From a virus, in IMG/VR virus record IMGVR_UViG_3300025770_000656: a DNA stretch of 64,000 bases; one strand, written 5' to 3'. Shown here piece after piece: positions 29,533 through 39,373 of this stretch. The notes under the pieces are model-generated. The model had not been told where the DNA came from and ran no database searches. It saw only the letters and a program-made list of their open reading frames with translations. Each line of letters starts with the position of its first letter. Within the stretch, counting starts at the first letter, position 1. A program made the position numbers and the translations under genes.

Positions 29533-31449
29533 ATGGCATGTATTAGTGCAATGATAAGTGCAATAGGGTTGAGCGTTGCAGGAGGCGCCATGGGAGGTGC
29601 TGGTTTTGGAAATTTTGCAAAAGTTCTTTCAGCCCCAATGTCCGCACTTGGGCCTATTGCTGGGCAAATGGGTGCTGTATCAGCATTAGCTAATGCTGCT
29701 TCTCCTTTTTCTAGTGTTATTGCAATGGCTGCAGGTGGCGCTAATCCCCTTCAGTTAGTAAGCGGCGGCGCATCCGGTGTGCTTGGTAGCCTCGGATCTA
29801 ATATTGGATTTGGTGCCATCACTGGAGCTATAGGAGATACATTTAGTGCTATTGGGGGATCAGGTATTTTTGATGCAATAAGCAGTCACACCAGTGATCT
29901 TCTAGGTTCTTTTGGTGCTAATAGTATGATGCAAGCATTACAAGGTGCTGAAGGTTTTTCATTTATGAGCGGAGATATTGCAAATATGTTATCAGGAACT
30001 ATCAATGCACAATTTGGAGATGCTTTTAGCGCACTTAATAGTTTTTTACCAGCTGGAGAGTTCTTATCAGGAGTAGATGCAGACTTCTTAGCGGGATTAG
30101 ATCCAGGTGAATTTGCAAATTTGATAGGACAAGGATCTGACTTTAACTTTGGTGACTTCTTAGGAGGTAGTATTAACGGCATAGGCGATTTAGTAACAAA
30201 CGGATTAACTAACTTTATATCTGATCAAATAGAGATACCAGGATTTGCCGGCGATTTAATTAAACTAGGAGGCTCATTTAATTTAAACGACATCCAAAAT
30301 TTTGGAAATCCAGGACAGTTAATAGAAAATTTAATAAATGCTGGAGCTGGTGAAATTACTGGCATAGTAGACGCATTTGGTGATATTGGTTTTGATATTG
30401 AACGTAATTTAGGAAATTTGGCTAATGGTGAATTTAATGATATTCTCAATGAAGGACTAGGTTTAATTACCAATCCAGATATGATAAAGATTGCTCAACA
30501 AGCTCTTGGTTCAAATATACCTGGTATATCCAGTCTTGCAGACTTTACAAACTTAGCAAAAGTATTACCTACTAGTTTTGATAGCATAACTCCTGACACT
30601 TTTTCCCAATTAGCTGGTGAATTAGCAAATACTGCATTAGGAAGTTTAGCAACACCAAAGCAACTTGGCAATCTACTTAATGCTTTTGACCTCCCCGGCG
30701 AGTTTAATTTAATAGACCCGTTAAGCCTAAACTTAGTTGACAATGATGCAGTAGCTAATTTAACAGCTAAGTTTTTAGGTGGAACTGGGGTTAATGGCAG
30801 AATAAAGGTAAGTGACATAATAGGAAGTGTAGCTGGGGTAGGCTTGGAAACACCTATGAATTCTTATCTTGCAGCAATGAAGAGTATGGAAAACGGAGGA
30901 GCATTTGGCACAGTCAATAGCTTGTACGACACCTTACAAAATGGATTAGCGGGCAATTTAACAGTAACCGGCGATCCGTCAAATCCAATTTATGGTACAG
31001 ACTATATTAATGATACTGTTAACGGTTTACATCATGAAGATTTAGATAGTTTTGTTAAAAAAATAGCTGGTAATATACAAGGCGAAGTAGAAAATATTGC
31101 AAATAACACTACATTTGCTGGTGCATTTGGCACTGCTAGTGCAGCAATTCAACAAGTACAGAAAAAAATATATGATGAACAAATAGTACACCTGCCCAGG
31201 GTAGACTTACACTTAGAACATAGAACTAATGCTCCTGAAAATGTATATAGCTTTGTTACTGGTATGGCAAATCGTGTCTTAGATACTGATAACGTTGCTA
31301 TGGTAAAAGGTTTAGCAAAAGGAGCTACCGCAGTTGGGGATAAGTTTGGCGAGTATGCAGAAGCATTTACAAGTGAAATGATTAATAAGAATGCAGTTGA
31401 ACAGTATCAAATCGACTGGATGGGCGAGAACAAAGCTGAAATTGCGTAA
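29533..31449 (+). CDS. Large Gly/Ala-rich probable tail/baseplate protein
   Basis: 638 aa, follows PAAR in a late operon. Confidence 0.55.
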   Translation: MACISAMISAIGLSVAGGAMGGAGFGNFAKVLSAPMSALGPIAGQMGAVSALANAASPFSSVIAMAAGGANPLQLVSGGASGVLGSLGSNIGFGAITGAIGDTFSAIGGSGIFDAISSHTSDLLGSFGANSMMQALQGAEGFSFMSGDIANMLSGTINAQFGDAFSALNSFLPAGEFLSGVDADFLAGLDPGEFANLIGQGSDFNFGDFLGGSINGIGDLVTNGLTNFISDQIEIPGFAGDLIKLGGSFNLNDIQNFGNPGQLIENLINAGAGEITGIVDAFGDIGFDIERNLGNLANGEFNDILNEGLGLITNPDMIKIAQQALGSNIPGISSLADFTNLAKVLPTSFDSITPDTFSQLAGELANTALGSLATPKQLGNLLNAFDLPGEFNLIDPLSLNLVDNDAVANLTAKFLGGTGVNGRIKVSDIIGSVAGVGLETPMNSYLAAMKSMENGGAFGTVNSLYDTLQNGLAGNLTVTGDPSNPIYGTDYINDTVNGLHHEDLDSFVKKIAGNIQGEVENIANNTTFAGAFGTASAAIQQVQKKIYDEQIVHLPRVDLHLEHRTNAPENVYSFVTGMANRVLDTDNVAMVKGLAKGATAVGDKFGEYAEAFTSEMINKNAVEQYQIDWMGENKAEIA

Positions 31450-31467
31450 CTATAGTTAAATATATGT

Positions 31468-34428
31468 ATGGCGATTGAGATACCCGGCGGCGCATGGCTA
31501 TTAAATGCAGATTTTATACGCCAAGGCCATAGTTTAATACTACGTGGTCCTGATGGAAAAGAAGTTTATATCAGAGACTATTTTCTTTCTGATCCTCCAC
31601 AAGACTTAATTACAGATACTGGAGCCGTAATACATGGCCCGCTAGCATTAAAACTAGCTGGCCCTCTTGCGCCTGGTCAGTATGCATCGACTGATATGCC
31701 AGTTGGACAAATTAGTATTGGCCGTGTAGATGCGGTTGAAGGCGATGCTAAAGTTACTCGGTCTAACGGTGTTACTGAGCAAATACAACAAAACACAGAT
31801 ATTTTCCAAGGTGATATAGTTATTACATCTGCGGATACTAGTATTGGCATTAGTTTTGTAGACGATAGTATTTTTAGTATTGGTGAAAACGGACGCATGG
31901 TCATTGATGAGATGGTTTATGATCCTGAAACTCAGGAAGGAGTTTTTAATACTAATATTGTGCAGGGAGTGTTTAGTTTTGTTAGTGGACAAATAGCAAA
32001 AACAGGTGTTGATAGCATGACAGTTACTACACCTGTAGCAACCATCGGCATACGTGGCACTAAAGTTGCTGGTATTGCAGCACAGGAAGGAACAGAAAAC
32101 ACATTGTCACTGCTTCCTGAAACTGTAGCCGGGCAACAAATAGTTGGTGAAGTTATAGTAAGTAACCAAGGAGGATCCAGTGTACTTAATCAAATGGGTG
32201 CCAGCCTTAGTGTTAGTAGCTCATTTACATCTCCTCCACCACCAGTAGTGCTATCAGAATCTCAAATACAACAGAAGTTTGGAAGTACATTAACTACACT
32301 TAGCAAAGCAAATACTGTTAATGCAGAAGTTAAAACAGAAAAAGCAACGCAGGAAGCAGAAACTGCAAAAGCTGAAGCTGAGGTAGTACAAGAAAAAGCC
32401 GCAGAAGCAGAAGCCGCGGCAGAAGAGGCTGCACAAGAGGCAGAGGCTAAACAGGAAGAAGCAGAAGCCGCTTTGGAAGAGGCACAAGAAACAGGCGACC
32501 AGGAAGCAATAGAAGAAGCTGAACAAAAAATTGCAGAAGCAGAAGAAGCAAAAGTAGAGGCTGAACAAATTGCACAAGAGGCAGAAGCAGTAAAGCAAGA
32601 AGCTCAGGAAAAAATAGCTGAGGTAGAAGCTAAAGTTGAAGCTGTTGAAGAAGCCAAGCAAGTTTTAGAAGTTGCTAAACAAGAGCTAGTACAACAAATA
32701 CAAGTAATGGAACAAATCCAGCAACAGGCTCCGGAAGCTGCGCCTGAAGAAGCACCACAGGAAGGTCCAGCGGAAGATGCCCCACAAGACGAAGGGGATG
32801 CACCGGAAGGAGATGGTCCTGAAGAGGCGCCGCAAGAAGGTCCACTTGAAGAAGGACGACTCGAGGAGGGCCCATTAGAAGAGGGTCCATTGGAAGAAGG
32901 TAAACTAGAAGAAGGCCCAATTGAAGAAGGCAACGTTGAAGAAGGCCCAGTTGCTGAAGGTCCACCTATTGAAGAAGGAGTGGCTGAAGGACCTGTGGAT
33001 GGACCGGTAGACGAAGGGCCCATGGATGGCCCAGTTGCTGAAGGTCCTATAGAAGCACCTAAGCCTATTATAGAAGCACCCAAACCTATTATAGAGGATC
33101 CCAAACCAGAACCTATAGTTTTCGTAGACGTACAACCAGAACCTATTTTGGTTGTTGAACAAGAAGTATTGGTTATAGAGCCTCAAGTAGTACAAGAAGT
33201 GTTATTTGTAGAGCCAGAAAAACCAAAGTTTTTTGCAATTGCTAGAGCAATTGCTGCACCCATTATTATAATTGAATCAGAACCTGAGCCGGAACCTACT
33301 GTACAACCAAATCTTTTAGGAGTTGGTAGCACAGGCACTACTATAGCAGCCGCAATGAATATAGGATACTATTCTATGTCCGATGGACAAGGCGTATCAA
33401 AGCAAGTTGCTCCTATTGAAGATGCTGGCCACAATGCAATTAAAATGACTACTCTTTCGGAGACAGAACTTGCAGATGTTGATATACTCTGGGCAATCAA
33501 TCCATCCAATGATTCGTATGGAAATGAATATACCAATGCGGTAGACCGTATTAAGGAACGTGTTGACGAGGGTATGATACTTGTGATCCATGATCGACAA
33601 GTGGGGAACGCAGAGAACATTCTATTTGGAGAGGAACCAGCAGACATAGTGCGTAAGTTTACGAACAGTAGAGCAATAGATGTAGTCGATGAGAATACCG
33701 TAGTCGGAGAAGGGCCTGGTGGATTGCTTACGGACACTTCAATAGATGGTGGAAACAGTTCTAATCATGGATACACCAAGAAAGACACGTTACCAGATGA
33801 TTCCCTTGCATTACTTACTACGAGTGATGAGAATGAAATAGTAGATTTTGCATATAGGTATGGAGAAGGAGCAGTCATATATTCGTCTATTCCTCTTGAT
33901 TTTTATCTTGGAGGGACAATGCCCAATTTCAAAGACATATATGCACCTAATATACTACAATTCGCAGCATCACTTATTACAGACGGATATAATACAATAG
34001 AAGGTACAGATTCAAATGAAGTTATTGCTGGAACTGCAAATGATGATACATTAAAAGGTTTTGATGGAAATGATACTATATTTGGATTGTATGGTGATGA
34101 TAAAATAGAAGGAGGAGAAGGTGCTGACACAATTACTGGAGGTAGTGGAAACGATATATACATATATCGTTCTAAAGCTGATTCCCCGGCGGGTAGTGGG
34201 GATATAATAAAAGACTATCAACAAGATGAACAGTTTGATATTTCTGATATAACATCAGCTTTTAATATAGTTTCATCTTTTACGGGTTCTAATACACCTG
34301 AAGTTACTTTTAATAGCAACACAAAGTTATTACAAATGGATTTAGATTCAGATTTAGTTGCAGACATGGAAGTAACACTTGAAAACTTTACTGCAGACAT
34401 TATAGATACAAGTAATTTTATTATATAG
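31468..34428 (+). CDS. FecR-domain, RTX/hemolysin-type Ca-binding repeat protein (T1SS-substrate-like)
   Basis: IGRVDAVEG...FecR-like FSFVSGQIAK/TPVATIGIRGT; Glu/Ala coiled coil; EEGP repeats; C-terminal GFDGNDTI, GLYGDDKI, GGEGADTI and GGSGNDIY nonapeptides; serralysin-C-like tail. Confidence 0.8.
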   Translation: MAIEIPGGAWLLNADFIRQGHSLILRGPDGKEVYIRDYFLSDPPQDLITDTGAVIHGPLALKLAGPLAPGQYASTDMPVGQISIGRVDAVEGDAKVTRSNGVTEQIQQNTDIFQGDIVITSADTSIGISFVDDSIFSIGENGRMVIDEMVYDPETQEGVFNTNIVQGVFSFVSGQIAKTGVDSMTVTTPVATIGIRGTKVAGIAAQEGTENTLSLLPETVAGQQIVGEVIVSNQGGSSVLNQMGASLSVSSSFTSPPPPVVLSESQIQQKFGSTLTTLSKANTVNAEVKTEKATQEAETAKAEAEVVQEKAAEAEAAAEEAAQEAEAKQEEAEAALEEAQETGDQEAIEEAEQKIAEAEEAKVEAEQIAQEAEAVKQEAQEKIAEVEAKVEAVEEAKQVLEVAKQELVQQIQVMEQIQQQAPEAAPEEAPQEGPAEDAPQDEGDAPEGDGPEEAPQEGPLEEGRLEEGPLEEGPLEEGKLEEGPIEEGNVEEGPVAEGPPIEEGVAEGPVDGPVDEGPMDGPVAEGPIEAPKPIIEAPKPIIEDPKPEPIVFVDVQPEPILVVEQEVLVIEPQVVQEVLFVEPEKPKFFAIARAIAAPIIIIESEPEPEPTVQPNLLGVGSTGTTIAAAMNIGYYSMSDGQGVSKQVAPIEDAGHNAIKMTTLSETELADVDILWAINPSNDSYGNEYTNAVDRIKERVDEGMILVIHDRQVGNAENILFGEEPADIVRKFTNSRAIDVVDENTVVGEGPGGLLTDTSIDGGNSSNHGYTKKDTLPDDSLALLTTSDENEIVDFAYRYGEGAVIYSSIPLDFYLGGTMPNFKDIYAPNILQFAASLITDGYNTIEGTDSNEVIAGTANDDTLKGFDGNDTIFGLYGDDKIEGGEGADTITGGSGNDIYIYRSKADSPAGSGDIIKDYQQDEQFDISDITSAFNIVSSFTGSNTPEVTFNSNTKLLQMDLDSDLVADMEVTLENFTADIIDTSNFII
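32833..33110 (+). repeat. Intragenic tandem 15-nt/5-aa repeats (EEGP[LIV]; EAPKPII)
   Basis: EEGRL EEGPL EEGPL EEGKL EEGPI EEGNV EEGPV... visible in both DNA and protein. Confidence 0.85.
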
Positions 34429-34466
34429 ACAAACCTGGTTAATTTCTAATATAATATTTGGAATGA

Positions 34467-34543
34467 CTGCCCGTAGTTCAGTTGGATAGAACAACAGATT
34501 TCTAATCTGTAGGTCGGGGGTTCGAATCCCTCCGGGCAGGCCA
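34467..34543 (+). tRNA. tRNA-Arg(UCU)
   Basis: ctgcccg/cgggcag acceptor stem, gttc/gaac D-stem, acaga-ttTCTaa-tctgt, ggggg-ttcgaat-ccctc, encoded CCA. Confidence 0.95.
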
Positions 34544-34744
34544 AAGGCTCCGTATTTTAATGGCAGTGCAGTAGGAAGAATGAACTACTATTTCAAATAG
34601 GAAAGACGATGGATAAGTTCTGGTATAAGAGATATGTGAAACCTACGAAGAAGCAATGTGCAGTGAATAGCCACAGTATTCACCGTAAATCTTGCAGTGA
34701 ATAAATGGGTTGCAGGAGAAATATAATATAAATAGTACGTAACG

Positions 34745-35010
34745 TTGAAGCATAACAAAAGTTGCACAGGACCCGGGGTGCGATTCCCGGCATCTCCACC
34801 ATAAACACATTTTACGGAGTGTGCTTATGATGGGGATGAACAGGATCGACTGGCAAGTAGTAGGAATGTGGAGTTGTCCGGATGTAAGCTCGGTTAACGC
34901 GAACAAAAACTATAAATGCTAACGATAATGTAGCATATGAGGATTACGCTCTCGCAGCTTAATTTCTCGGGGGTGGCAACTTCCCTAGCAACAGAAAAGT
35001 TGCACTTTAA
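34745..35010 (+). ncRNA. ssrA: Circularly permuted (two-piece) tmRNA
   Basis: Acceptor piece ...ggacccggggtgcgattcccggcatctccACCA ends at 34801; intervening segment; coding piece starts GGGGATG at 34832 (G3:U70 pair with catctcc, A73); tag ANDNVAYEDYALAA* at 34918-34962. Outer ends are approximate. Confidence 0.9.
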
Positions 35011-35026
35011 CTTTAATAAGTATTAG

Positions 35027-35350
35027 ATGGTAAAGTGGTTAAGTATAATTTTAGTGTCAGTTGTAACTATAATGGTAACAGCATGTGCTGGATTGCCATT
35101 TCCTATACAACTATTAAGTACAGGAAAAACTGTGTATGATGGTGCTAGGATGCTGAATGACAAAAAAACTAGTACAGACGAAATAGTATCAGTGATAAAA
35201 GATAAAGAATGTAAAACAACAAATGTAATTAAGGGTCAAAGCTATTGTCAAAAACAAAAAACTACAGCTGAATTGTTAAAAGAATACATTGACAGTTTAA
35301 GAGATGTTGAAGAAGCAAAAGAGTCAATACATGATTTAGAGGATTTATAA
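35027..35350 (+). CDS. Putative lipoprotein
   Basis: Signal peptide with lipobox VTAC. Confidence 0.65.
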   Translation: MVKWLSIILVSVVTIMVTACAGLPFPIQLLSTGKTVYDGARMLNDKKTSTDEIVSVIKDKECKTTNVIKGQSYCQKQKTTAELLKEYIDSLRDVEEAKESIHDLEDL

Positions 35351-35351
35351 T

Positions 35352-35591
35352 ATGGGAAGAAAAAGTTCTACAACATATACGAGTAAGGGCCAACGTAGAA
35401 ATGTTGCAAAATCAACATGTAAAGCCATGTGTCGAGATTATATAGAAAATCAACTGTTACGCAGGGCTATTAATCAGTATGATGCATATTGTAAAAGTAA
35501 ACGGGTAATGATTACTATTGCTAACCCTAATAAAAATGAAACAAGAAGCCCTTTCATTCGTGTTAATGCGCGGGTAAAGCATAACTGGTAA
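35352..35591 (+). CDS. Small basic phage protein; 3' end overlaps tRNA-Gly
   Basis: MGRKSSTTYTSKGQRRNV...NPNKNET.SPFIRV; the stop codon lies in the tRNA D-loop. Confidence 0.6.
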   Translation: MGRKSSTTYTSKGQRRNVAKSTCKAMCRDYIENQLLRRAINQYDAYCKSKRVMITIANPNKNETRSPFIRVNARVKHNW

Positions 35592-35644
35592 TGTACTGGC
35601 TTGCCAAGTCAGATAACCGGATTCGAGTTCCGGTACCCGCTCCA
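35570..35644 (+). tRNA. tRNA-Gly(GCC)
   Basis: gcgggta/tacccgc acceptor stem, U73, ctggc-ttGCCaa-gtcag, ccgga-ttcgagt-tccgg, CCA. Confidence 0.92.
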
Positions 35645-35650
35645 TTTTTA

Positions 35651-35679
35651 TTGACTTCACTCACATTTTATTATATAAT
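35651..35679 (+). promoter_or_regulatory. Sigma70-type promoter
   Basis: TTGACT-17-TATAAT. Similar promoters at 39505-39533 and 52952-52980, weaker ones at about 41176, 45421, 47694 and 60134. Confidence 0.8.
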
Positions 35680-35697
35680 ATAGATCAAGGATAAACA

Positions 35698-36858
35698 ATG
35701 AGCATAGCCAACGATCTTGGATATTACGAAATCACTGATAAGCCAGGGTTGCGTTTTGAAAACAAAATTCAAGCACTACAGTCATGTAATGATATATCTC
35801 AAATCAAATGGGTTTTCCAAGATAAACAATTTGCTTCAATCAACTGGGAAAATGAACCAAAAGAAGATTTGTATGAGCTATATCGTCAACGTGCTATGTC
35901 CTTGCGCCTGAAGTACGATAGACTTATTCTATACTATTCGGGTGGGATCGATAGCACTTGCGTTTTACATTCATTCATCGATAACAACATCCCGCTCGAT
36001 GGAATCGTCAGTTATGGTGCTTTCGATATTAAATCATACGAATCTTACAATCGCAATCAAGAAATATTCAGAGTAGCACAGCCATATATTCACCATCTAG
36101 AAAAAACTAGAGGCATTAAATTGCCGTACCATTTACTGGATGATTGGTATCTGTTTGAGCAATCGTTTAAGGATGAGTCATGGATTCTTAATACCAATTC
36201 AGCATCTGTCAGTCCGGAGACATTCATATGGACTAAGCACAGACAAGATCCGTATTTCCAACAACACCTGATGGCTGGCACCACTGCTGTTATTCGTGGT
36301 GTTGACAAGCCAAGAGTGTTATGCGAGGACGGAACATGGAAAGTAAGTTTCTTGGATAGCAACGCGAACGGCCTATTTGGTTCTGAGTGTTCAACAGATG
36401 ATCCGAACTCGTTGTACTATGAGTATTTTTACTGGAGTGGCGATAATCCAAAAGTTATTTGTAAGCAAGGACACATGATCAAACAATATTTTCAAAAGAT
36501 CAATCGTCCAGATATCGTGAACACATTATTCTCTAGGGAGAGTGATAAATTCGTCAGTTCTGAATATTTCAAATGGATTGATCCGATAATTTATGAACGA
36601 TATCTGACAAATAAACCAGGCGATGATCGAAACTATTTCTCGTTAGGCAAAACACCACTCGTAAATGCGTGGCATAAAGACGATGTGTTCTTTGAACATG
36701 CTTCGAAGTCAGCGAGAGATGTTTGGAACGCTGGTATTGACCATGCTATAAATACAATCGACACATCTTTCTTCAATTCCGCAGAGCCTACACTTCAATC
36801 ATTCATCAAAACTGGATTGCGTGGAATATGGTCGAGAGATTACAATCTAGGATCATAA
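35698..36858 (+). CDS. PP-loop (N-type ATP pyrophosphatase/asparagine-synthase-like) protein, paralogue 1
   Basis: LYYSGGIDS; RGVDKPR; FYWSGD. Confidence 0.7.
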   Translation: MSIANDLGYYEITDKPGLRFENKIQALQSCNDISQIKWVFQDKQFASINWENEPKEDLYELYRQRAMSLRLKYDRLILYYSGGIDSTCVLHSFIDNNIPLDGIVSYGAFDIKSYESYNRNQEIFRVAQPYIHHLEKTRGIKLPYHLLDDWYLFEQSFKDESWILNTNSASVSPETFIWTKHRQDPYFQQHLMAGTTAVIRGVDKPRVLCEDGTWKVSFLDSNANGLFGSECSTDDPNSLYYEYFYWSGDNPKVICKQGHMIKQYFQKINRPDIVNTLFSRESDKFVSSEYFKWIDPIIYERYLTNKPGDDRNYFSLGKTPLVNAWHKDDVFFEHASKSARDVWNAGIDHAINTIDTSFFNSAEPTLQSFIKTGLRGIWSRDYNLGS

Positions 36859-36859
36859 T

Positions 36860-38011
36860 ATGTTGATAACAGGACAGAAAGAACTGGGGCATTACTCTGT
36901 TAATGGATTAAAGTTCTATAACAAAGTCTCAGCGTTGAAGGCGTGCTCTGGCGGTGAGTTACCGAAGTGGATTTTCCAAGACCAGCAGTTCTCAGCACAT
37001 CAGTGGCTTGAAGAACCAGCCGAAGACTTATATGAAATTTATCTTCAACGAGCTATCCAGATACGCAATCAATACGACAGAGTAATATTGATGTATAGTG
37101 GCGGGATCGATAGCACTACTATGTTGAGAACATTTGTCGATAACGATATTCCCATTGAAGGCGTTGGAACATATGGTAGTTTTCAATTCGACAACTGGGG
37201 AGAATTGACACAAAACAAAGAAGCACATAATGTCGCCCTGCCATACATCAGGCAGCTTGAACATGATAGAAACATCGATTTGAACTATTTCTTCCTTGAT
37301 GATAGTAAGCACTATGACAAATTCATCGATGAGGAATGGGTGTACTCTACGAGCAACTTCAGTTTAAGTCCTCAAACATTCATGTGGAATTTCCACCAGA
37401 CCGATTTTCAGTACCAAGCACAAATGGAGATGGGCAGAACATGTATTGTTCGTGGTGTTGACAAACCTCGTATATTTTACGAAGATCACAAATGGAAAAT
37501 AAGCTTTCTTGACAGTTGCCCTGGGTTCTTCAACTCTAATGATGTAGCAAAGGAAGGCAGTTGGTACGATAATGATTATTTCTATTGGAGTGGCGATATG
37601 CCAAAGCTGATATGTAAGCAGGCATACACGATCAAGAATTTCTTCGATGCTCTGGAAGATACCCCAGAGAAAGCTACCTTAATGAAGCAATTATTCAGTC
37701 GTGAAAAGAAGTATTTCAACAGAGAATTCTACCATAACTACATTGACCCATTACTTTATGGACGCTATGTTAATCAAAACGTCGGCGATGATCGTCCATA
37801 TTTCACCCTTGGCAAAGCAAAGCTTGTCAATGCGTGGGATAAAGATGATGGGTTTTTTCTTCACGCAGAAAAGAAACATCAGGATGCTTGGAAAGCAGGT
37901 ATAAATCACGTTGAAGAAATCATTGATGATTGCTACAAGAAGGATGAGTCAGACTTTATCACATCTGGGTTTGTAGATATATGGTCACAGGATTACGTGT
38001 TAGGAGAATAA
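36860..38011 (+). CDS. PP-loop protein, paralogue 2
   Basis: LMYSGGIDS; RGVDKPR; FYWSGD; collinear with the upstream paralogue. Confidence 0.7.
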   Translation: MLITGQKELGHYSVNGLKFYNKVSALKACSGGELPKWIFQDQQFSAHQWLEEPAEDLYEIYLQRAIQIRNQYDRVILMYSGGIDSTTMLRTFVDNDIPIEGVGTYGSFQFDNWGELTQNKEAHNVALPYIRQLEHDRNIDLNYFFLDDSKHYDKFIDEEWVYSTSNFSLSPQTFMWNFHQTDFQYQAQMEMGRTCIVRGVDKPRIFYEDHKWKISFLDSCPGFFNSNDVAKEGSWYDNDYFYWSGDMPKLICKQAYTIKNFFDALEDTPEKATLMKQLFSREKKYFNREFYHNYIDPLLYGRYVNQNVGDDRPYFTLGKAKLVNAWDKDDGFFLHAEKKHQDAWKAGINHVEEIIDDCYKKDESDFITSGFVDIWSQDYVLGE

Positions 38012-39373
38012 ATGCTTGAAACAATGGCAATGGATGTCAATATGATATCTGTATTGATTTTTGTTTTATGTGGATCACTGGCTGGTATTTTAGCTGGATT
38101 GAATCCAAGTGTCAATATATCAATATCCATTCTGATGTTTTATCCGTTGCTATCATCAATAGATGTTTACAGCTTGATAGCGTTTTACATCGGAATTCTG
38201 ATCACAAGTCAATACATGGGTTCTGTTATAGCATCCACTGTTGGTATTCCTGGCGAAGCAAGTAGCATCCCCGCAGTCAAAGAGGGATACGCTATGAACA
38301 TTCAAGGCAGACTTACCGAAGCACTTAGAACATCTGCTATATCCAGCGCAGTAGGAAGCGTTGTGGCTGTGATCGCCATCATCACTACCATCACATACAT
38401 TTCATATCTACATGTGTTTTACGCACTGACACTACAACTTCTGTTACTTGGAGGGTGTATTGTAATATCAGTTATAACATCAAGCAATAAATTCATCGTG
38501 AACTGTTGTCTTATGGGTACAGGATATCTACTTGGTACTGCTGGTATCACCCAAATACACAATACTACATGGTTTACTGAAATGTTTGATGTCACGAATG
38601 TATATTTTATGGCTGGCATTCCAACCACAGTAGCATTCATTTTTCTGTATGCGTTGCCAACATTGTTCGGTAATAAATTCAACGACGATGGCGAAATGAT
38701 CGTAGCAAAACAAGACAGTGGCAAATTCAGCATCACTGAATTCAAATGGATTTCTGCTATCAGGGGAAGCTGTATTGGTTTCTTCGCAGGATTTATCCCA
38801 AGTCTCACGTTTACTATCAGTTCACAACTGGCGTATTCATATGAAAAATGGATCAAACGGAAGGTATATAAGAAGGGCGATGCTTCTTGTTTATCCGCAG
38901 CAGAAGCAGCAAACAACTCAGCATCGTTGAGTTTTTTGATTCCATTACTCGCATTTGGAATTCCCATCAGTGCCAGTGAGATATTGGTGTATGATATGGC
39001 TGTGAATAGCGGGGCGCAGTTTGGATTGGAATGGTTCAATAACATTAATATCACGTATGCGTTAGTTATGTCATTCATAATCGCCAATGTCATTGGATTA
39101 GTTTCAGCATGGCCGTTGGCAACATTAATCAATGATTTCGTCTATAAACACAATAACAAAATATTCTGGGTTGCTCTTGTGATGTTAGGAGCAACTATCA
39201 TCAACATGGGCATGGAAGAATACCAGTTATGGTATTATCTCTTACTCAGTGGATTTCTGTTACCTGTAGCGTGGTTTATACGCAAACTTGACTGTATCCC
39301 ATTGATATTTGGATTTATGTTGTCAATTCATTTCCAAGAAGTGTTGACACATTTCTTACAGATTTACCTCTAA
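38012..39373 (+). CDS. tctA: TctA-family tripartite tricarboxylate transporter large membrane subunit
   Basis: Polytopic; GIPGEASS..A.KEGY.M...G, AEAANNS...IPLLAFGIP. Confidence 0.8.
   Translation: MLETMAMDVNMISVLIFVLCGSLAGILAGLNPSVNISISILMFYPLLSSIDVYSLIAFYIGILITSQYMGSVIASTVGIPGEASSIPAVKEGYAMNIQGRLTEALRTSAISSAVGSVVAVIAIITTITYISYLHVFYALTLQLLLLGGCIVISVITSSNKFIVNCCLMGTGYLLGTAGITQIHNTTWFTEMFDVTNVYFMAGIPTTVAFIFLYALPTLFGNKFNDDGEMIVAKQDSGKFSITEFKWISAIRGSCIGFFAGFIPSLTFTISSQLAYSYEKWIKRKVYKKGDASCLSAAEAANNSASLSFLIPLLAFGIPISASEILVYDMAVNSGAQFGLEWFNNINITYALVMSFIIANVIGLVSAWPLATLINDFVYKHNNKIFWVALVMLGATIINMGMEEYQLWYYLLLSGFLLPVAWFIRKLDCIPLIFGFMLSIHFQEVLTHFLQIYL

Noticed and set aside
32290-33195. Long antisense and alternate-frame ORFs over the RTX gene repeats (also 12807-13433, 18616-19146, 57815-58207)
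   Set aside because: These are shadow ORFs caused by low-complexity codon bias on the coding strand; they have no SD and implausible composition
34643-34906. Minus-strand 87-aa ORF
   Set aside because: It is the antisense of the tmRNA
35698-38011. QueC (7-deazaguanine pathway) assignment for the SGGIDS proteins
   Set aside because: They are much longer than QueC, lack the C-terminal Zn-binding Cys cluster, and no queD/queE/folE neighbours are in the window
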